Shown here: positions 41,554 to 51,216 of the stretch, piece after piece | Position numbering within the stretch: the stretch's first letter is position 1 | Layout of the letters: every line of letters starts with the position of its first letter | The notes under the pieces: model-generated | Told to the model about the DNA's origin: nothing | The model's input: the letters and a program-made list of their open reading frames with translations, nothing else | The model's database searches: none | Made by a program: the position numbers and the translations under genes | Assembly (NCBI GenBank): GCA_934096595.1 | Contig: CAKOMH010000001.1 | Location: 494 to 64,493 of the forward strand | DNA: 64,000 bases | Direction of reading: 5' to 3' | Source: an uncultured Bacilli bacterium | Lineage (GTDB): Bacteria > Bacillota_I > Bacilli_A > RF39 > UBA660

Positions 41554-42902
41554 TATTCTCCTTCTTTTTCAAGAACCATATAGTTTTTGAAATTCATCAT
41601 TGTCGGTTCAAATAGTACTGTAAATTTACCAGTACCACCTTTTCTGTGTTTTGCAATGATTATATCTGTCTCGACATTTTCCGATTTTCCTAACTCTGTC
41701 TTGGCTTTATAGTAATCTTTACGATTTATAAACATAACAATATCGGCATCTTGCTCAATTGAACCTGATTCTCTTAAGTCTGCAAGCATTGGTTCATTAT
41801 TTTCTCTTTTTTCTGCATTACGGGAAAGCTGCGCTAAAGCAATAACAGGAACTTTAAGTTCCATTGCCATCGTTTTAATAGCTCTTGAAATATCTGAAAC
41901 TTCTTGTTGTCTAGATTCTGGTCTCCTGCCGCCCATAGTAAGTAACTGCAAGTAATCGATAATAATTAATCCTAGACCTTCTTTTTTGGTTGCAAGTCTA
42001 CGACATTTAGCTCGAATATCATTAACAGTAATACCAGAATTATCTTCAATATAAATATTAGTATCAGCAAGTTGACTTACTGCTTCATTATATTTTTTCC
42101 AATCATTCTGTCCCAACTGACCATTAGTTAACTTTTTGCCTTCAATTCCTCCTAAAGCGCTAATCATACGATTGACCAACTGTTCGGCAGACATTTCTAA
42201 GTTGAATACAGCAATAGCTTTTTTCGTACTTTGAGCAGCATGAGTAGCAATATTTAAAGCAAATGCTGTCTTTCCCATACCGGGACGAGCCGCAATAACA
42301 ATCATTTCACCTTCATGTAAACCACTAGTTGCTTTATCTAAATCATAAAAACCAGTTTCTAAACCTGAAATAACACTATGATTTTGGGATAAATATTCTA
42401 ATTGCTCTTGAGCTCTTGCTAATACCTCATTAATTGGGGCAAACTCAGTTGTCTGACGCGATCTAATAACATCTAAAATATTTTTTTCAGCCGTATCAAG
42501 TAGCCCCGTAACATCATCTGAATCATTATATGCGTCTGTTACAATATCTGTTGCCGTCGTTATAAGATTACGAACTATCATCTTTTCTTTAATAATGTTA
42601 ATATAATAATCCAAGTTAGCAGCACTTACAACAGAGGTTATAACATCAGCCAAATATGTGGGGCCTCCAATTGCTCCTAAACTTTTAGACTTATCCAGTT
42701 CATCAGCCACAGTTGTTTGATCAATAGGTACTCCCGCATCATGTAAATTTTTTATAGCAAGAAAAATCTTTTTATTAGCATCACTATAGAACATATCATC
42801 AGTAACTTCTTCTAAGACTTTACTAACAACTCTTTCATCAAGAAAACAAACACCCAAAACTGACATTTCAGCATCTAAATTTTGTGGCATTTTTCTTGCC
42901 AT
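41550..42902 (-). CDS. dnaB: Replicative DNA helicase (DnaB family; dnaC in Bacillus nomenclature)
   Basis: DnaB N-terminal domain plus a RecA-like core with Walker A GARPGMGKT. Confidence 0.93.
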   Translation of the reverse strand: MARKMPQNLDAEMSVLGVCFLDERVVSKVLEEVTDDMFYSDANKKIFLAIKNLHDAGVPIDQTTVADELDKSKSLGAIGGPTYLADVITSVVSAANLDYYINIIKEKMIVRNLITTATDIVTDAYNDSDDVTGLLDTAEKNILDVIRSRQTTEFAPINEVLARAQEQLEYLSQNHSVISGLETGFYDLDKATSGLHEGEMIVIAARPGMGKTAFALNIATHAAQSTKKAIAVFNLEMSAEQLVNRMISALGGIEGKKLTNGQLGQNDWKKYNEAVSQLADTNIYIEDNSGITVNDIRAKCRRLATKKEGLGLIIIDYLQLLTMGGRRPESRQQEVSDISRAIKTMAMELKVPVIALAQLSRNAEKRENNEPMLADLRESGSIEQDADIVMFINRKDYYKAKTELGKSENVETDIIIAKHRKGGTGKFTVLFEPTMMNFKNYMVLEKEGEY

Positions 42903-42911
42903 ATTATCACC

Positions 42912-43352
42912 TTACTTCACTAAATTAACTCTGATATTGAAGCGCACCTTCTTATGTAGTTCAACTGTTACATTGTGAACTCCAAGTGTATCTAAAGGAG
43001 CGTCAATTTGAATTTGCTTTTTATCTACTTTATACCCCATTTTGTTTAAGCTCTCAGCAATTTGTTTAGAAGAAACATTACCGAAAACTTTATCCATAGC
43101 TCCCGTTTTTACTTTAAAAGTAATATTTTCTCTAATTATTTTATCACGCATTTCTTGCATTTCTTTAACTAGTTTTTCTTCTTCTTGCTTACGCTTATCA
43201 AGCTCATTTGATAATATTTTGGTACTAGTCTTTGTTGCCGCAACAGCTAAACCGTTTTTAATCAAATAATTCATTCCATAGCCATCACTTACTTCAATAA
43301 TATCATCTTTTTTACCTTGTTTTTTAACATCTTTTAGTAATATAACTTTCAT
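42912..43352 (-). CDS. rplI: 50S ribosomal protein L9
   Basis: L9 family (MKVILLKDV...). Confidence 0.93.
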   Translation of the reverse strand: MKVILLKDVKKQGKKDDIIEVSDGYGMNYLIKNGLAVAATKTSTKILSNELDKRKQEEEKLVKEMQEMRDKIIRENITFKVKTGAMDKVFGNVSSKQIAESLNKMGYKVDKKQIQIDAPLDTLGVHNVTVELHKKVRFNIRVNLVK

Positions 43353-43407
43353 GTTTTTTCTCCTTTTTAATTCCTACTTATTGTATCAAATATATACTTA
43401 TCAGTCA

Positions 43408-43450
43408 AAAAAATTTATCCTTTTATTATGGATAAATTATACTTTTTTTC
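43408..43450. terminator. Bidirectional hairpin (AATTTATCC / GGATAAATT) flanked by T-runs on both strands, 55-100 bp upstream of rplI.
   Basis: Inverted repeat with TTTTTTT on the plus strand and TTTTTTT on the minus strand. Confidence 0.4.
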
Positions 43451-43672
43451 CGTTCTTTTTTAGAAATTTACTCTATAAAAACTCCTGTTTACTATGTGTT
43501 ATTTAATACATATATAACTGGTTTTAAAACATAAATCTGTCTTATATTATTTTTCTGGTCATTATCATCAACTTTCTTATAAATACTAATCATTTTATAT
43601 ATCTTAATACTTATTTTACAACTCCAATTCCTAGTCTTTAATTTTTCTAAAATCTACACACTTATAAATATT

Positions 43673-43707
43673 TAAGGTCAAAAGAAAAAGACTAAAAATT
43701 AGTCTTT
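43673..43707 (-). terminator. Rho-independent terminator of rpsR. The stem AAAGACTAA / TTAGTCTTT includes the stop codon and is followed by a T-run.
   Basis: Inverted repeat 43687-43695 / 43699-43707, with TTTTTCTTTT following on the minus strand. Confidence 0.6.
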
Positions 43708-43917
43708 AACATATGGAATTAATGCCATAAATCTAGCATATTTAATTTGTTGTGCAATATGTCTTTGATGTTTAGCACAAGCACCGCTTTGTCTTCTGTT
43801 TACAATCTTACCTTTTTCAGTAATGTACTTTAGAATTATAGGTACATCTTTATAATCGATAGATTTTCCAGCACACATTTGACAAATTTTCTTTTTCTTA
43901 CGATAAAATTCTGCCAT
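43699..43917 (-). CDS. rpsR: 30S ribosomal protein S18
   Basis: S18 family. The start was set to the ATG at 43917 (MAEFYRKKK) with an AAGGGAG RBS. It overlaps the ssb 3' end. Confidence 0.92.
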   Translation of the reverse strand: MAEFYRKKKKICQMCAGKSIDYKDVPIILKYITEKGKIVNRRQSGACAKHQRHIAQQIKYARFMALIPYVKD

Positions 43918-43933
43918 TTTATATTCTCCCTTC

Positions 43934-44428
43934 TTAGAAAGGTAGGTCATCATCAGTTAATGATACTTCATTACCCATTGCAGCATAAGGATCCATATCC
44001 AAATCAGCAGTAACAATATCATTATTGACCATACCATTATTATTTGGAACCGCATTATTTGCAGTATAAGATGAAGTATTTAAACTACTTTCTGGAATTT
44101 GACTACCACCAGCTCTTGAGCTTAGGAATGTTACATTATCAGCTATTACTTCAGTAACATATCTCTTAGTGCCATCTTGGGCATCATAACTTCTTGTTTG
44201 TATACGACCTTCGACAGCTACTTGTGAACCTTTAGTACAATACTTAGCAATATTTTCAGCTTGTTTTCTCCAAGCTACACAGTTGATAAAATCAGCTTCT
44301 CTTTCCCCATTTTGATTAGTAAAATTTCTATTAACAGCAATCGTAAATGAGGTAGTTGCATTACCAGTTGCGATAGTGCGTAACTCAGGATCTCTTGTCA
44401 ATCTTCCAATTAAAATTACTTTATTCAT
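43934..44428 (-). CDS. ssb: Single-stranded DNA-binding protein
   Basis: OB-fold SSB with an acidic DDDLPF C-terminal tail. Confidence 0.95.
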   Translation of the reverse strand: MNKVILIGRLTRDPELRTIATGNATTSFTIAVNRNFTNQNGEREADFINCVAWRKQAENIAKYCTKGSQVAVEGRIQTRSYDAQDGTKRYVTEVIADNVTFLSSRAGGSQIPESSLNTSSYTANNAVPNNNGMVNNDIVTADLDMDPYAAMGNEVSLTDDDLPF

Positions 44429-44431
44429 TTT

Positions 44432-44722
44432 TTACTCCTCATCTAATTTGATAATTAAGTGTCTAATAATATTTTCATCAATAGACATTTTACGATTAAC
44501 TTCTTTGATAGCTTCTTTATTTGCAGTCATAGTCATTACAAAATAATAACCACTAATTTCCTTTTTTATAGGATAAGCTAACTTCTTTTGTCCCATTTCT
44601 TTAAAGCTTTCTACTTTAGCTTTAAGACTTTCAGCTAATTTTTTTACATTTTCAGCAGCAGCCTTAACATTACTTTCTTCCATAGTTGCTTTAACAATGA
44701 ACATCATTTCGTATTTATTCAT
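44432..44722 (-). CDS. rpsF: 30S ribosomal protein S6
   Basis: S6 family. Confidence 0.93.
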   Translation of the reverse strand: MNKYEMMFIVKATMEESNVKAAAENVKKLAESLKAKVESFKEMGQKKLAYPIKKEISGYYFVMTMTANKEAIKEVNRKMSIDENIIRHLIIKLDEE

Positions 44723-44794
44723 TTTCTACACCTCCTCTTGGTCTTCCGGCTTACACTTATTTGTGAAGCAAGGAGTAATCACTACTCGTTTTGT

Positions 44795-44823
44795 ATTATA
44801 GCAAACCAACTTCTTTAATTCAA
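44795..44823 (-). promoter_or_regulatory. Sigma-A promoter of the rpsF-ssb-rpsR operon (TTGAAT-N17-TATAAT on the minus strand). It is followed by an S6 leader of about 75 nt.
   Basis: Reverse complement of 44818-44823 is TTGAAT, and of 44795-44800 is TATAAT. The spacer is 17 nt. Confidence 0.6.
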
Positions 44824-44977
44824 GAACTTTTAAACATTTTTTGCTATTGATTTTGACCTTTATTTTTAATAAATCAACCCCTTTTTATCATGATACTTAT
44901 TTTTATATCAAAATTTATTAAATTTTCTTTTCATTTAATTTATTTTACTTTCCAACCAATTTTTTATAAAATTTTAA

Positions 44978-45003
44978 GACATAGAAAAAGACTTCCTAAG
45001 AAG
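44978..45003 (-). terminator. Terminator of the YfcC-like gene. The stem AAGACTTC / GAAGTCTT is followed by a T-run on the minus strand.
   Basis: Inverted repeat immediately after the stop at 45006. Confidence 0.55.
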
Positions 45004-45005
45004 TC

Positions 45006-46547
45006 TTAAACATAAGCCATTACTGCAAATATAATTAACAGTAGGACTAAAAGTATAACGGCAAATTTCCAAATGTTTTTTAGCCATTCTTTGTAAGAAA
45101 CATCATACATTGATAGACCAGTTACAAGTAAAACACTAGTTGGTGCTACCAAAGAAACTAAACCATTAATTGAAGTCATAATTACAAGCATTGTTCCAGT
45201 ATAATCAGCAAATCTAGCAGTATATGTAGCTCCTAAAGTGAAACCACTAAATCCGAAATCTACATGGAAGAATGATGCTAACGCATTTGCAACTGTTGCA
45301 CTAATTGGATTAAATGTTGTCCCAACAATCTTATCAACTATTGTATTAGTAAATCCACCCCAATAGCAAATAACAAACATTGTATAAGCAAGTACGATAA
45401 ATAAAGCAGGTTTTAATGTTTTCTTCATACCTTCAACAGCAGCTTCTAACAATTGGTCCATTTTAACCTTGCTAAATAATTTAACAAAAATTAATATTAT
45501 CATAGCAATATAACAAATTGTATAAATATCCCATTCTCCAAAGGCACTAACTTTACCAAGAATATAGCCAAAGATTGGATGTGAATTACCACCAATAGTA
45601 ACAGTAACTTTTGTTGTTAACCATGTATGGAATGTACTAAACACATCAATGCCAAAAGCACTACTCCATGGCATATATCCTAAAACGCAAAATGCAAATA
45701 ATAAAATAAATGCCGCAAGATATGGCCAAGCTTTACCATTTCTTCCATCACCTGTTAAAGGCACTAAATCAATTGGTTCGGCTACAGCTTCTTTATTCTT
45801 ATTTTTCATTTTAATTAAAACGATATTTAATAAGATTAATGCTAAAGCTAAAATTCCAAAACGAACTGGTAAGTTAGTAGTAATACTAACATTCATTGTT
45901 TTTGCTAGATAATCAAGACCTAAAGTTGAAGTTGTTTGTCCAACAAATCCCACTATCATCGCACCGAATGTCATTAAAACACTTTTTAGTTTTCCAAATC
46001 CTAGACGACTAGCAATACTTATTATTAATGGCATAAATAATAAAATTGGGAAACTTTGAGTTGCCATTGAAACAAACAAAGCAATAATAACAGTGTGAAC
46101 TAAAGCAAACCATTTTTTCTTACCAATCCAAAACTCTGCGGCATTATCTACTAACTTTTTATAACCGTTAGTTCTAGATAAAACACCATAGAATAGACCA
46201 ACAACAAGAGCAAATACTACTTGTAACAAATAATAGTTACTGGCATAAAACATTGCTAAAAATGTCTCATTAATCCCAGTTCTTGCAGGATCAGTTGTTT
46301 TAATGGTTGCTGAACTAAATGTACCTGCTGGAATTATCCATGATAGAATAATTGCAACAAAAATAGATATAGCTAGAGCCTTAAATAAGAAATGACTAGT
46401 CTTTTTAGGTTGTTTTTTATCACTAATTACTTCCTTTTTTGGAACTTCTTTTTCTGGTTTAGTTTCTTCTACAACAGCTTCTACTTCTTTTTTAACAGAT
46501 TTAGTAGTCTTTGTAGAACTTTTCTTTTTTCCATTTTTCTTTTCCAT
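45006..46547 (-). CDS. Polytopic membrane transporter, YfcC/DcuC-like (putative basic amino acid or C4-dicarboxylate carrier), with a Lys-rich N-terminal extension
   Basis: About 12 TM segments. Family assignment is by overall pattern only. Confidence 0.5.
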   Translation of the reverse strand: MEKKNGKKKSSTKTTKSVKKEVEAVVEETKPEKEVPKKEVISDKKQPKKTSHFLFKALAISIFVAIILSWIIPAGTFSSATIKTTDPARTGINETFLAMFYASNYYLLQVVFALVVGLFYGVLSRTNGYKKLVDNAAEFWIGKKKWFALVHTVIIALFVSMATQSFPILLFMPLIISIASRLGFGKLKSVLMTFGAMIVGFVGQTTSTLGLDYLAKTMNVSITTNLPVRFGILALALILLNIVLIKMKNKNKEAVAEPIDLVPLTGDGRNGKAWPYLAAFILLFAFCVLGYMPWSSAFGIDVFSTFHTWLTTKVTVTIGGNSHPIFGYILGKVSAFGEWDIYTICYIAMIILIFVKLFSKVKMDQLLEAAVEGMKKTLKPALFIVLAYTMFVICYWGGFTNTIVDKIVGTTFNPISATVANALASFFHVDFGFSGFTLGATYTARFADYTGTMLVIMTSINGLVSLVAPTSVLLVTGLSMYDVSYKEWLKNIWKFAVILLVLLLIIFAVMAYV

Positions 46548-46671
46548 TTTTCTTTACCTCCAATAAAATTATAACACAAAATCAAGGCTTGCCAAGTCTT
46601 TTTAAGTGAAATATAACTTCACAATAAGCCTAAAGTCCTATAATTTTTCTTAGGGTAAACAAAAATAACTT

Positions 46672-47721
46672 TTATCTACTAACTTTTTCTTTAACATCAG
46701 CACTTTTTAAGCAAAAAGATTCCAAATAAGGTATTAACACATTTTTATATAATTCTTCAAAAGAACTATAATTTGGCATATTCTCTTTTATAAGATCCGC
46801 TATTTCCTCAGTTCTAACAAAGCCAACTTTCTTAAACCATTCAAAATCTGGTCGCATTTCTTCTCTTGATATCCATTTTTCACTCATCAAGGCCGAAACA
46901 GCCCTTACAAAATATTCATATAACAGTGTTTTAGTCATTCCTGAATAAGTCTTAGGTAAACCATTTGTCAGTGCTTCCTTGATTAAATAATCATAATTAG
47001 AAACAGTATCATAATACTTATCCACAATTGGATTAACAAAATGATGAGCAAATTCATGATTTATCGAAATAAAATTATATCTTTTATTTACAGAGAACTT
47101 ACCATTTTCGTACTTAATCGCTCTAGTACAATATAGAAAATTACCAATGGTTGAAGAAAACCCACCATTCATAAAAATAGAACCACTAATATTTAAATCA
47201 ATATCTTCCTTACTTCCAAAGAAATTTAAAACATAAGCCTTATTATATCCATCTGGTAATTTACCCAAAGCCTCTTGTTGCAACTTTAATTCTTCTTTAT
47301 TATCTTCTAAAATTTTATTCATATCAAAAGATAAATAAACTTCTTTTACTAGTTCTAAATATTCTCTTAAATCCTCTTTTTTAAAAGGTTTATTAATTTT
47401 AACAATATCTTCATATCTAATAGAAAAATCCTCATTAAATAAATAAGCTATATGATTGTAATAAGCCTCATCATCTATATCTAACATATATTTTTCTAAT
47501 TGAGGAAATTTATCAAAATCAATCTTACTTACAATATCGTTAAAATACTTAGTATTTGGAAATTCTACCCAATCAAATTCATCTTTATTTTTATAATTAT
47601 TTTTTATTACATAACTACACACGATAGCATGAATAAAATCTACTCTCTTATCTAATCCAAATTTTATATCACACATAATATCATCTCTTTTCATCACTTT
47701 ATAATTTTTACTATTTATCAA
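46672..47721 (-). CDS. DUF4932-like putative zinc metallopeptidase (HEFAH, followed 25 aa later by KEALT, gluzincin-like)
   Basis: INHEFAHHFVNP motif. No signal peptide. Confidence 0.55.
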   Translation of the reverse strand: MINSKNYKVMKRDDIMCDIKFGLDKRVDFIHAIVCSYVIKNNYKNKDEFDWVEFPNTKYFNDIVSKIDFDKFPQLEKYMLDIDDEAYYNHIAYLFNEDFSIRYEDIVKINKPFKKEDLREYLELVKEVYLSFDMNKILEDNKEELKLQQEALGKLPDGYNKAYVLNFFGSKEDIDLNISGSIFMNGGFSSTIGNFLYCTRAIKYENGKFSVNKRYNFISINHEFAHHFVNPIVDKYYDTVSNYDYLIKEALTNGLPKTYSGMTKTLLYEYFVRAVSALMSEKWISREEMRPDFEWFKKVGFVRTEEIADLIKENMPNYSSFEELYKNVLIPYLESFCLKSADVKEKVSR

Positions 47722-47745
47722 TATACTTATTAAACATACTATCCA

Positions 47746-48573
47746 TTATTTTTCTTCACTACTTCTATATTTGAATAGTACTGATGGTCGATGCCCTTCA
47801 CCTTTTTTTACTTTATCCGTTTTTACAACTTTATTAGCGATAATCCTTCTAAACGCAGGATCTAACAATTCTTTATTTAAAATAACTTCATAAACTTGTT
47901 GCAAATCTCCCAAAGTAAAATATTCAGGCATCAAATTAAATGCAATATCCGTATAACTAATTTTATTTTTAAGCCTTTCAATACCAGTATAAATGATTAA
48001 GGAATGATCAAAAGCAATATCGTTACTCTCTTCTATTACATAAGAATAATTGTCAGAAGTTTTTTCTTTTAATATCTTTTTTAACTTGAACTTTAATTGC
48101 ACATTATTGTTATCTAGCAAAACTAAAATGTTATCTTCATCCTCAAAATATTTAACATTAAACCACGAAGCATTGAATGCTAAATTATTATTAAGCAAAT
48201 TTTTATCTACCAAAGCCATATATGATGTTGATAACACACGCATTCTTGGGTCTCTTTTTACACTTCCAAAAGTATATAACTGTTCCAAATAAATATTTTC
48301 TAAATTTGTTTCTTTTTTTAAAATTCTCTTAGGACTATCTTCTAAATCCTCATCAATTCCAACAAACCCTCCAGGTAAGCACCATTTATTTTTAAATGGA
48401 TAACTATCTCTCTTAACCAATAAAACGCTCATATGTTTCTTAGTTGTCTTACGATAATTTGCATTTTCTTCACTGCTAATACTAAACACAAGAATATCCG
48501 TTGTTACCGATAATAAATCAAAATCATTTTTATTATAATTTTTTAAAAATTCTTCCTCACTTTTATACATCAT
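47746..48573 (-). CDS. Nudix hydrolase fused to an NrtR-like C-terminal winged-helix domain (Nudix-related transcriptional regulator family)
   Basis: Nudix box GGFVGIDEDLEDSPKRILKKETNLE. C-terminus FTLGDLQQVYEVIL...GEGHRPSVLFKY resembles the NrtR wHTH. Confidence 0.65.
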   Translation of the reverse strand: MMYKSEEEFLKNYNKNDFDLLSVTTDILVFSISSEENANYRKTTKKHMSVLLVKRDSYPFKNKWCLPGGFVGIDEDLEDSPKRILKKETNLENIYLEQLYTFGSVKRDPRMRVLSTSYMALVDKNLLNNNLAFNASWFNVKYFEDEDNILVLLDNNNVQLKFKLKKILKEKTSDNYSYVIEESNDIAFDHSLIIYTGIERLKNKISYTDIAFNLMPEYFTLGDLQQVYEVILNKELLDPAFRRIIANKVVKTDKVKKGEGHRPSVLFKYRSSEEK

Positions 48574-48837
48574 GTTCTAAAATCCTTTCTTCTTAACCAA
48601 TTTATTATATCAAACATTATATTTTTCTTCACAAATTTTCCTTAAATCTGTCATCAACTTATAATAACTCCTTTATTATTTTGATTTTCTTTAATTATTT
48701 ATCATATAAAAACTAAAAAAATAACTATGCTTTATAAAAAAGAGGTATTTTTAACCCCAAAAGTTGTAATTCGCATAGTGACATAATTAGCAATACAATT
48801 AAAATATATTATTTTTCCCAATTTTATTTAATCTTTT

Positions 48838-49452
48838 TTATTTTCTTACCCATTTCCATTTATATAAACTTCTATCTAGCCGAATGCCATCTCTTGCCAT
48901 AGCATCCTTCAATTTTTCAGCATCTCTATACAGAAACGAGTCTCTTTCATCAACTAATGATAGTGAAACTATTATTTCAGCATTACGATTTCTATTCTTA
49001 AAATATCTCCTTAATAAAATTGTTAAATTTGCAATATCAGTCTCCAACAAAGTTCCAGCAAGTGTTATACTGGTCAAATTTGGCATCTTGTCTAAAAGTG
49101 CTAATAATTTCTTGGCATCCGCAAAATCTTTAAACACATCTATTTCTTTAACATTTAATTCTTGATATTTAATTTTATCTTTTTCTAAAAGCCCTTTTTT
49201 ATAGCAGAGATAACTACTTCTAATATATTTATTATATAGCATTTCCTTTGTTTCAAAGTCTAAATTGTTACCAGTAATTGATTTTATTCTTTTACAAGAA
49301 TCTAGTGTAGATGTATTTATAAAAAATATACTTTTATTATCATACACGCTATAATAAAGCAATGCCCGTAAATCACTCATTGTCTCTATCTGGCAAGCCT
49401 CATCGTTAAGTATAAATACCAAATTTTTTTCATTTTCTAATTTTGTTTCCAT
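48838..49452 (-). CDS. Hypothetical 204-aa protein
   Basis: ORF track. It has its own consensus promoter upstream. No recognised domain. Confidence 0.5.
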   Translation of the reverse strand: METKLENEKNLVFILNDEACQIETMSDLRALLYYSVYDNKSIFFINTSTLDSCKRIKSITGNNLDFETKEMLYNKYIRSSYLCYKKGLLEKDKIKYQELNVKEIDVFKDFADAKKLLALLDKMPNLTSITLAGTLLETDIANLTILLRRYFKNRNRNAEIIVSLSLVDERDSFLYRDAEKLKDAMARDGIRLDRSLYKWKWVRK

Positions 49453-49539
49453 ATAAAATCCCCCACAATTAAGTTATTATCATTTTGCTAATAACAGTGC
49501 ATATTTTTTAGAAAGAGTCTTCTCTCTTTCGTTATTAAC

Positions 49540-49568
49540 ATTATATTAATATCACAGCATTTTGTCAA
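49540..49568 (-). promoter_or_regulatory. Consensus sigma-A promoter (TTGACA-N17-TATAAT on the minus strand) driving the 204-aa gene. A short hairpin GAAAGAG/CTCTTTC lies in its 5' UTR.
   Basis: Reverse complement of 49563-49568 is TTGACA, and of 49540-49545 is TATAAT. Confidence 0.6.
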
Positions 49569-49607
49569 CTGTTTTTTACAAAATGTTAAAAAGATTTTTA
49601 ATTACTA

Positions 49608-49832
49608 TCATCTTATTTTTGGATAAGCCCTTCGTTCATTCGTAAGTCCAATTAAATAATCAACACTGGTATTATAAAATTTAGCTAGTTGTACTAATCT
49701 TTCTACAGAAATCAACTGTATACCTAATTCATACTTAGAATATTGTTGTTGTGTAGTCCCTAAAATTTTAGCAATATCACTTTGTTTATAATCTCTATCT
49801 TCTCTAATTTCTTTTAGCCTTGAAATATCCAT
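49608..49832 (-). CDS. XRE-family helix-turn-helix transcriptional regulator
   Basis: HTH_3 pattern: QSDIAKILGTTQQQYSKYELG. Confidence 0.8.
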   Translation of the reverse strand: MDISRLKEIREDRDYKQSDIAKILGTTQQQYSKYELGIQLISVERLVQLAKFYNTSVDYLIGLTNERRAYPKIR

Positions 49833-49886
49833 ATTTATTCCTGCTTTGCAAGAATAATCTCACACATCTTTTTATATGTAGCCTGT

Positions 49887-49904
49887 ATACATCTTTATAG
49901 ATGT
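49887..49904. promoter_or_regulatory. Palindrome TACATCT-TTAT-AGATGTA between the divergent XRE gene and the secreted-protein gene. Candidate XRE operator.
   Basis: 7-bp perfect inverted arms. Confidence 0.4.
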
Positions 49905-49960
49905 AAATTAATTTTTAAATTAAGTAATTGATTTAATATTTACTTAGAAAGTAGGAAAAT

Positions 49961-50887
49961 ATGAAAAAAATAATATCTTTAGTATCTTTAATACTTTGTA
50001 CGCTTACAATACCTATAATTTATTTTATTAAACAAAATAATAATAAATATATTGCCGTTTATCTTGATAATATAGAAAGTACTTCTATTCCTGATAGAAA
50101 TTCTAATTATATTATAGATAAAGTTATTTGTGATAATGATGCCACAGGAACTTGGGACAATGTAAATTGGAGTCTATTAGTAACTAATCTTTCCAAAAGA
50201 AGTAATTGTAAAACTTATTTTCGAAGTAAAAAAGATATTACAATCACTTATGACAATAACTATATAAAAAATAATATATTTGAAGAAAAATTTAATTCTG
50301 AATCATTAAGTATTTCATCAAATTGTACAAATAATACATATCTAACCCATAATATAAGTTACATTAATGGTTACAAAAAATATACCTTTCAAGCCGATAC
50401 AGCAGATTGTGTTAGAGACGGTATATTCCTTAATAATAAAAATGCCCTTGAGGAAAATACCATTTATCATTATAGCTTCGAAGCAAAAGCAAGTGAAAAC
50501 TTTTCTATTTATGTTGGTCCAGAACAAAATGGTCAAAAAACTTACTCTGTAAATCTTAATTGGCAAAAATATAGTACAACTTTTACTAGTAAAAACATAA
50601 GTTGGAGAGTAGCGTTTACCTTTTACTTTTGGATGCCTAGTTCTGGAACAAGAACATTAGAAGTTAAAAACATAGCTCTTCAAGAAGGAGAATATGATAA
50701 TTTTTCTACTACTATTTTAAAAGAATATGATAATCTAAATAACACATTGCCAACTCCAACTAGAGAAAACTATACTTTTTTAGGTTGGTATACTGATCCC
50801 ATTGAAGGAGAAAAAATATCTTCTAAAACTATAGTAACAGAAGATACAACTTATTATGCCCATTGGCAATACAATGAATCCGAATAA
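49961..50887 (+). CDS. Secreted or membrane-anchored protein with a C-terminal Listeria-Bacteroides repeat (Flg_new/InlB B-repeat-like: P.RE.YTF.GWYTD...YA.W)
   Basis: N-terminal signal-anchor. C-terminus TPTRENYTFLGWYTDPIEGEKISSKTIVTEDTTYYAHW. Confidence 0.65.
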   Translation: MKKIISLVSLILCTLTIPIIYFIKQNNNKYIAVYLDNIESTSIPDRNSNYIIDKVICDNDATGTWDNVNWSLLVTNLSKRSNCKTYFRSKKDITITYDNNYIKNNIFEEKFNSESLSISSNCTNNTYLTHNISYINGYKKYTFQADTADCVRDGIFLNNKNALEENTIYHYSFEAKASENFSIYVGPEQNGQKTYSVNLNWQKYSTTFTSKNISWRVAFTFYFWMPSSGTRTLEVKNIALQEGEYDNFSTTILKEYDNLNNTLPTPTRENYTFLGWYTDPIEGEKISSKTIVTEDTTYYAHWQYNESE

Positions 50888-50897
50888 ATCAAATAAG

Positions 50898-51052
50898 AAA
50901 AGCACCTACTCAACATTGAATAGATGCTTCTCACAAATTAACATAATGGACTAAAGAAACATCTAACAGCTCAAATCAAATGTATCTCTTTTTTTATTTA
51001 AGAACCTTCGTTCTTTCAATAGTAGTATAACATAATCAAAATTTTTTGCAAT
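50898..51052 (+). repeat. Copy A of a roughly 155-bp direct repeat. It begins with a hairpin 11 nt after the stop of the preceding gene.
   Basis: About 95% identical to 51327-51480. Confidence 0.85.
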
Positions 51053-51142
51053 TGTTTTTTAATTTTTATCATAATAATATATATTTTAATAAATTAATGG
51101 TTTTTAGTAGATTTATACTGGTCATTATGATACCATATTAGA

Positions 51143-51185
51143 TAGATACATTTGATTGTTAGGTGCTTTCTTTCTCAGTCCATTT
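51143..51185 (-). repeat. Partial inverted copy (about 40 bp) of the repeat's internal segment (GATACATTTGATT...TTCTCAGTCCAT)
   Basis: It is the reverse complement of ATGGACTGAGAAA...AATCAAATGTATC found in copies A and B. Confidence 0.6.
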
Positions 51186-51216
51186 TTATCTTTTAAAAAT
51201 GGAAGGAGGCGGTCCT

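Noticed and set aside
43408-43450. Hairpin upstream of rplI as a riboswitch or T-box
   Set aside because: It is too short, has no conserved specifier or antiterminator features, and is flanked by simple T-runs on both strands. It was interpreted as a bidirectional terminator or attenuator.
48838-49452. The 204-aa protein as a TIR or other defense-system effector next to the XRE and Nudix genes
   Set aside because: No TIR, Sir2 or nuclease motifs could be recognised by eye. No partner ATPase, helicase or nuclease genes typical of known defense systems occur in the window.
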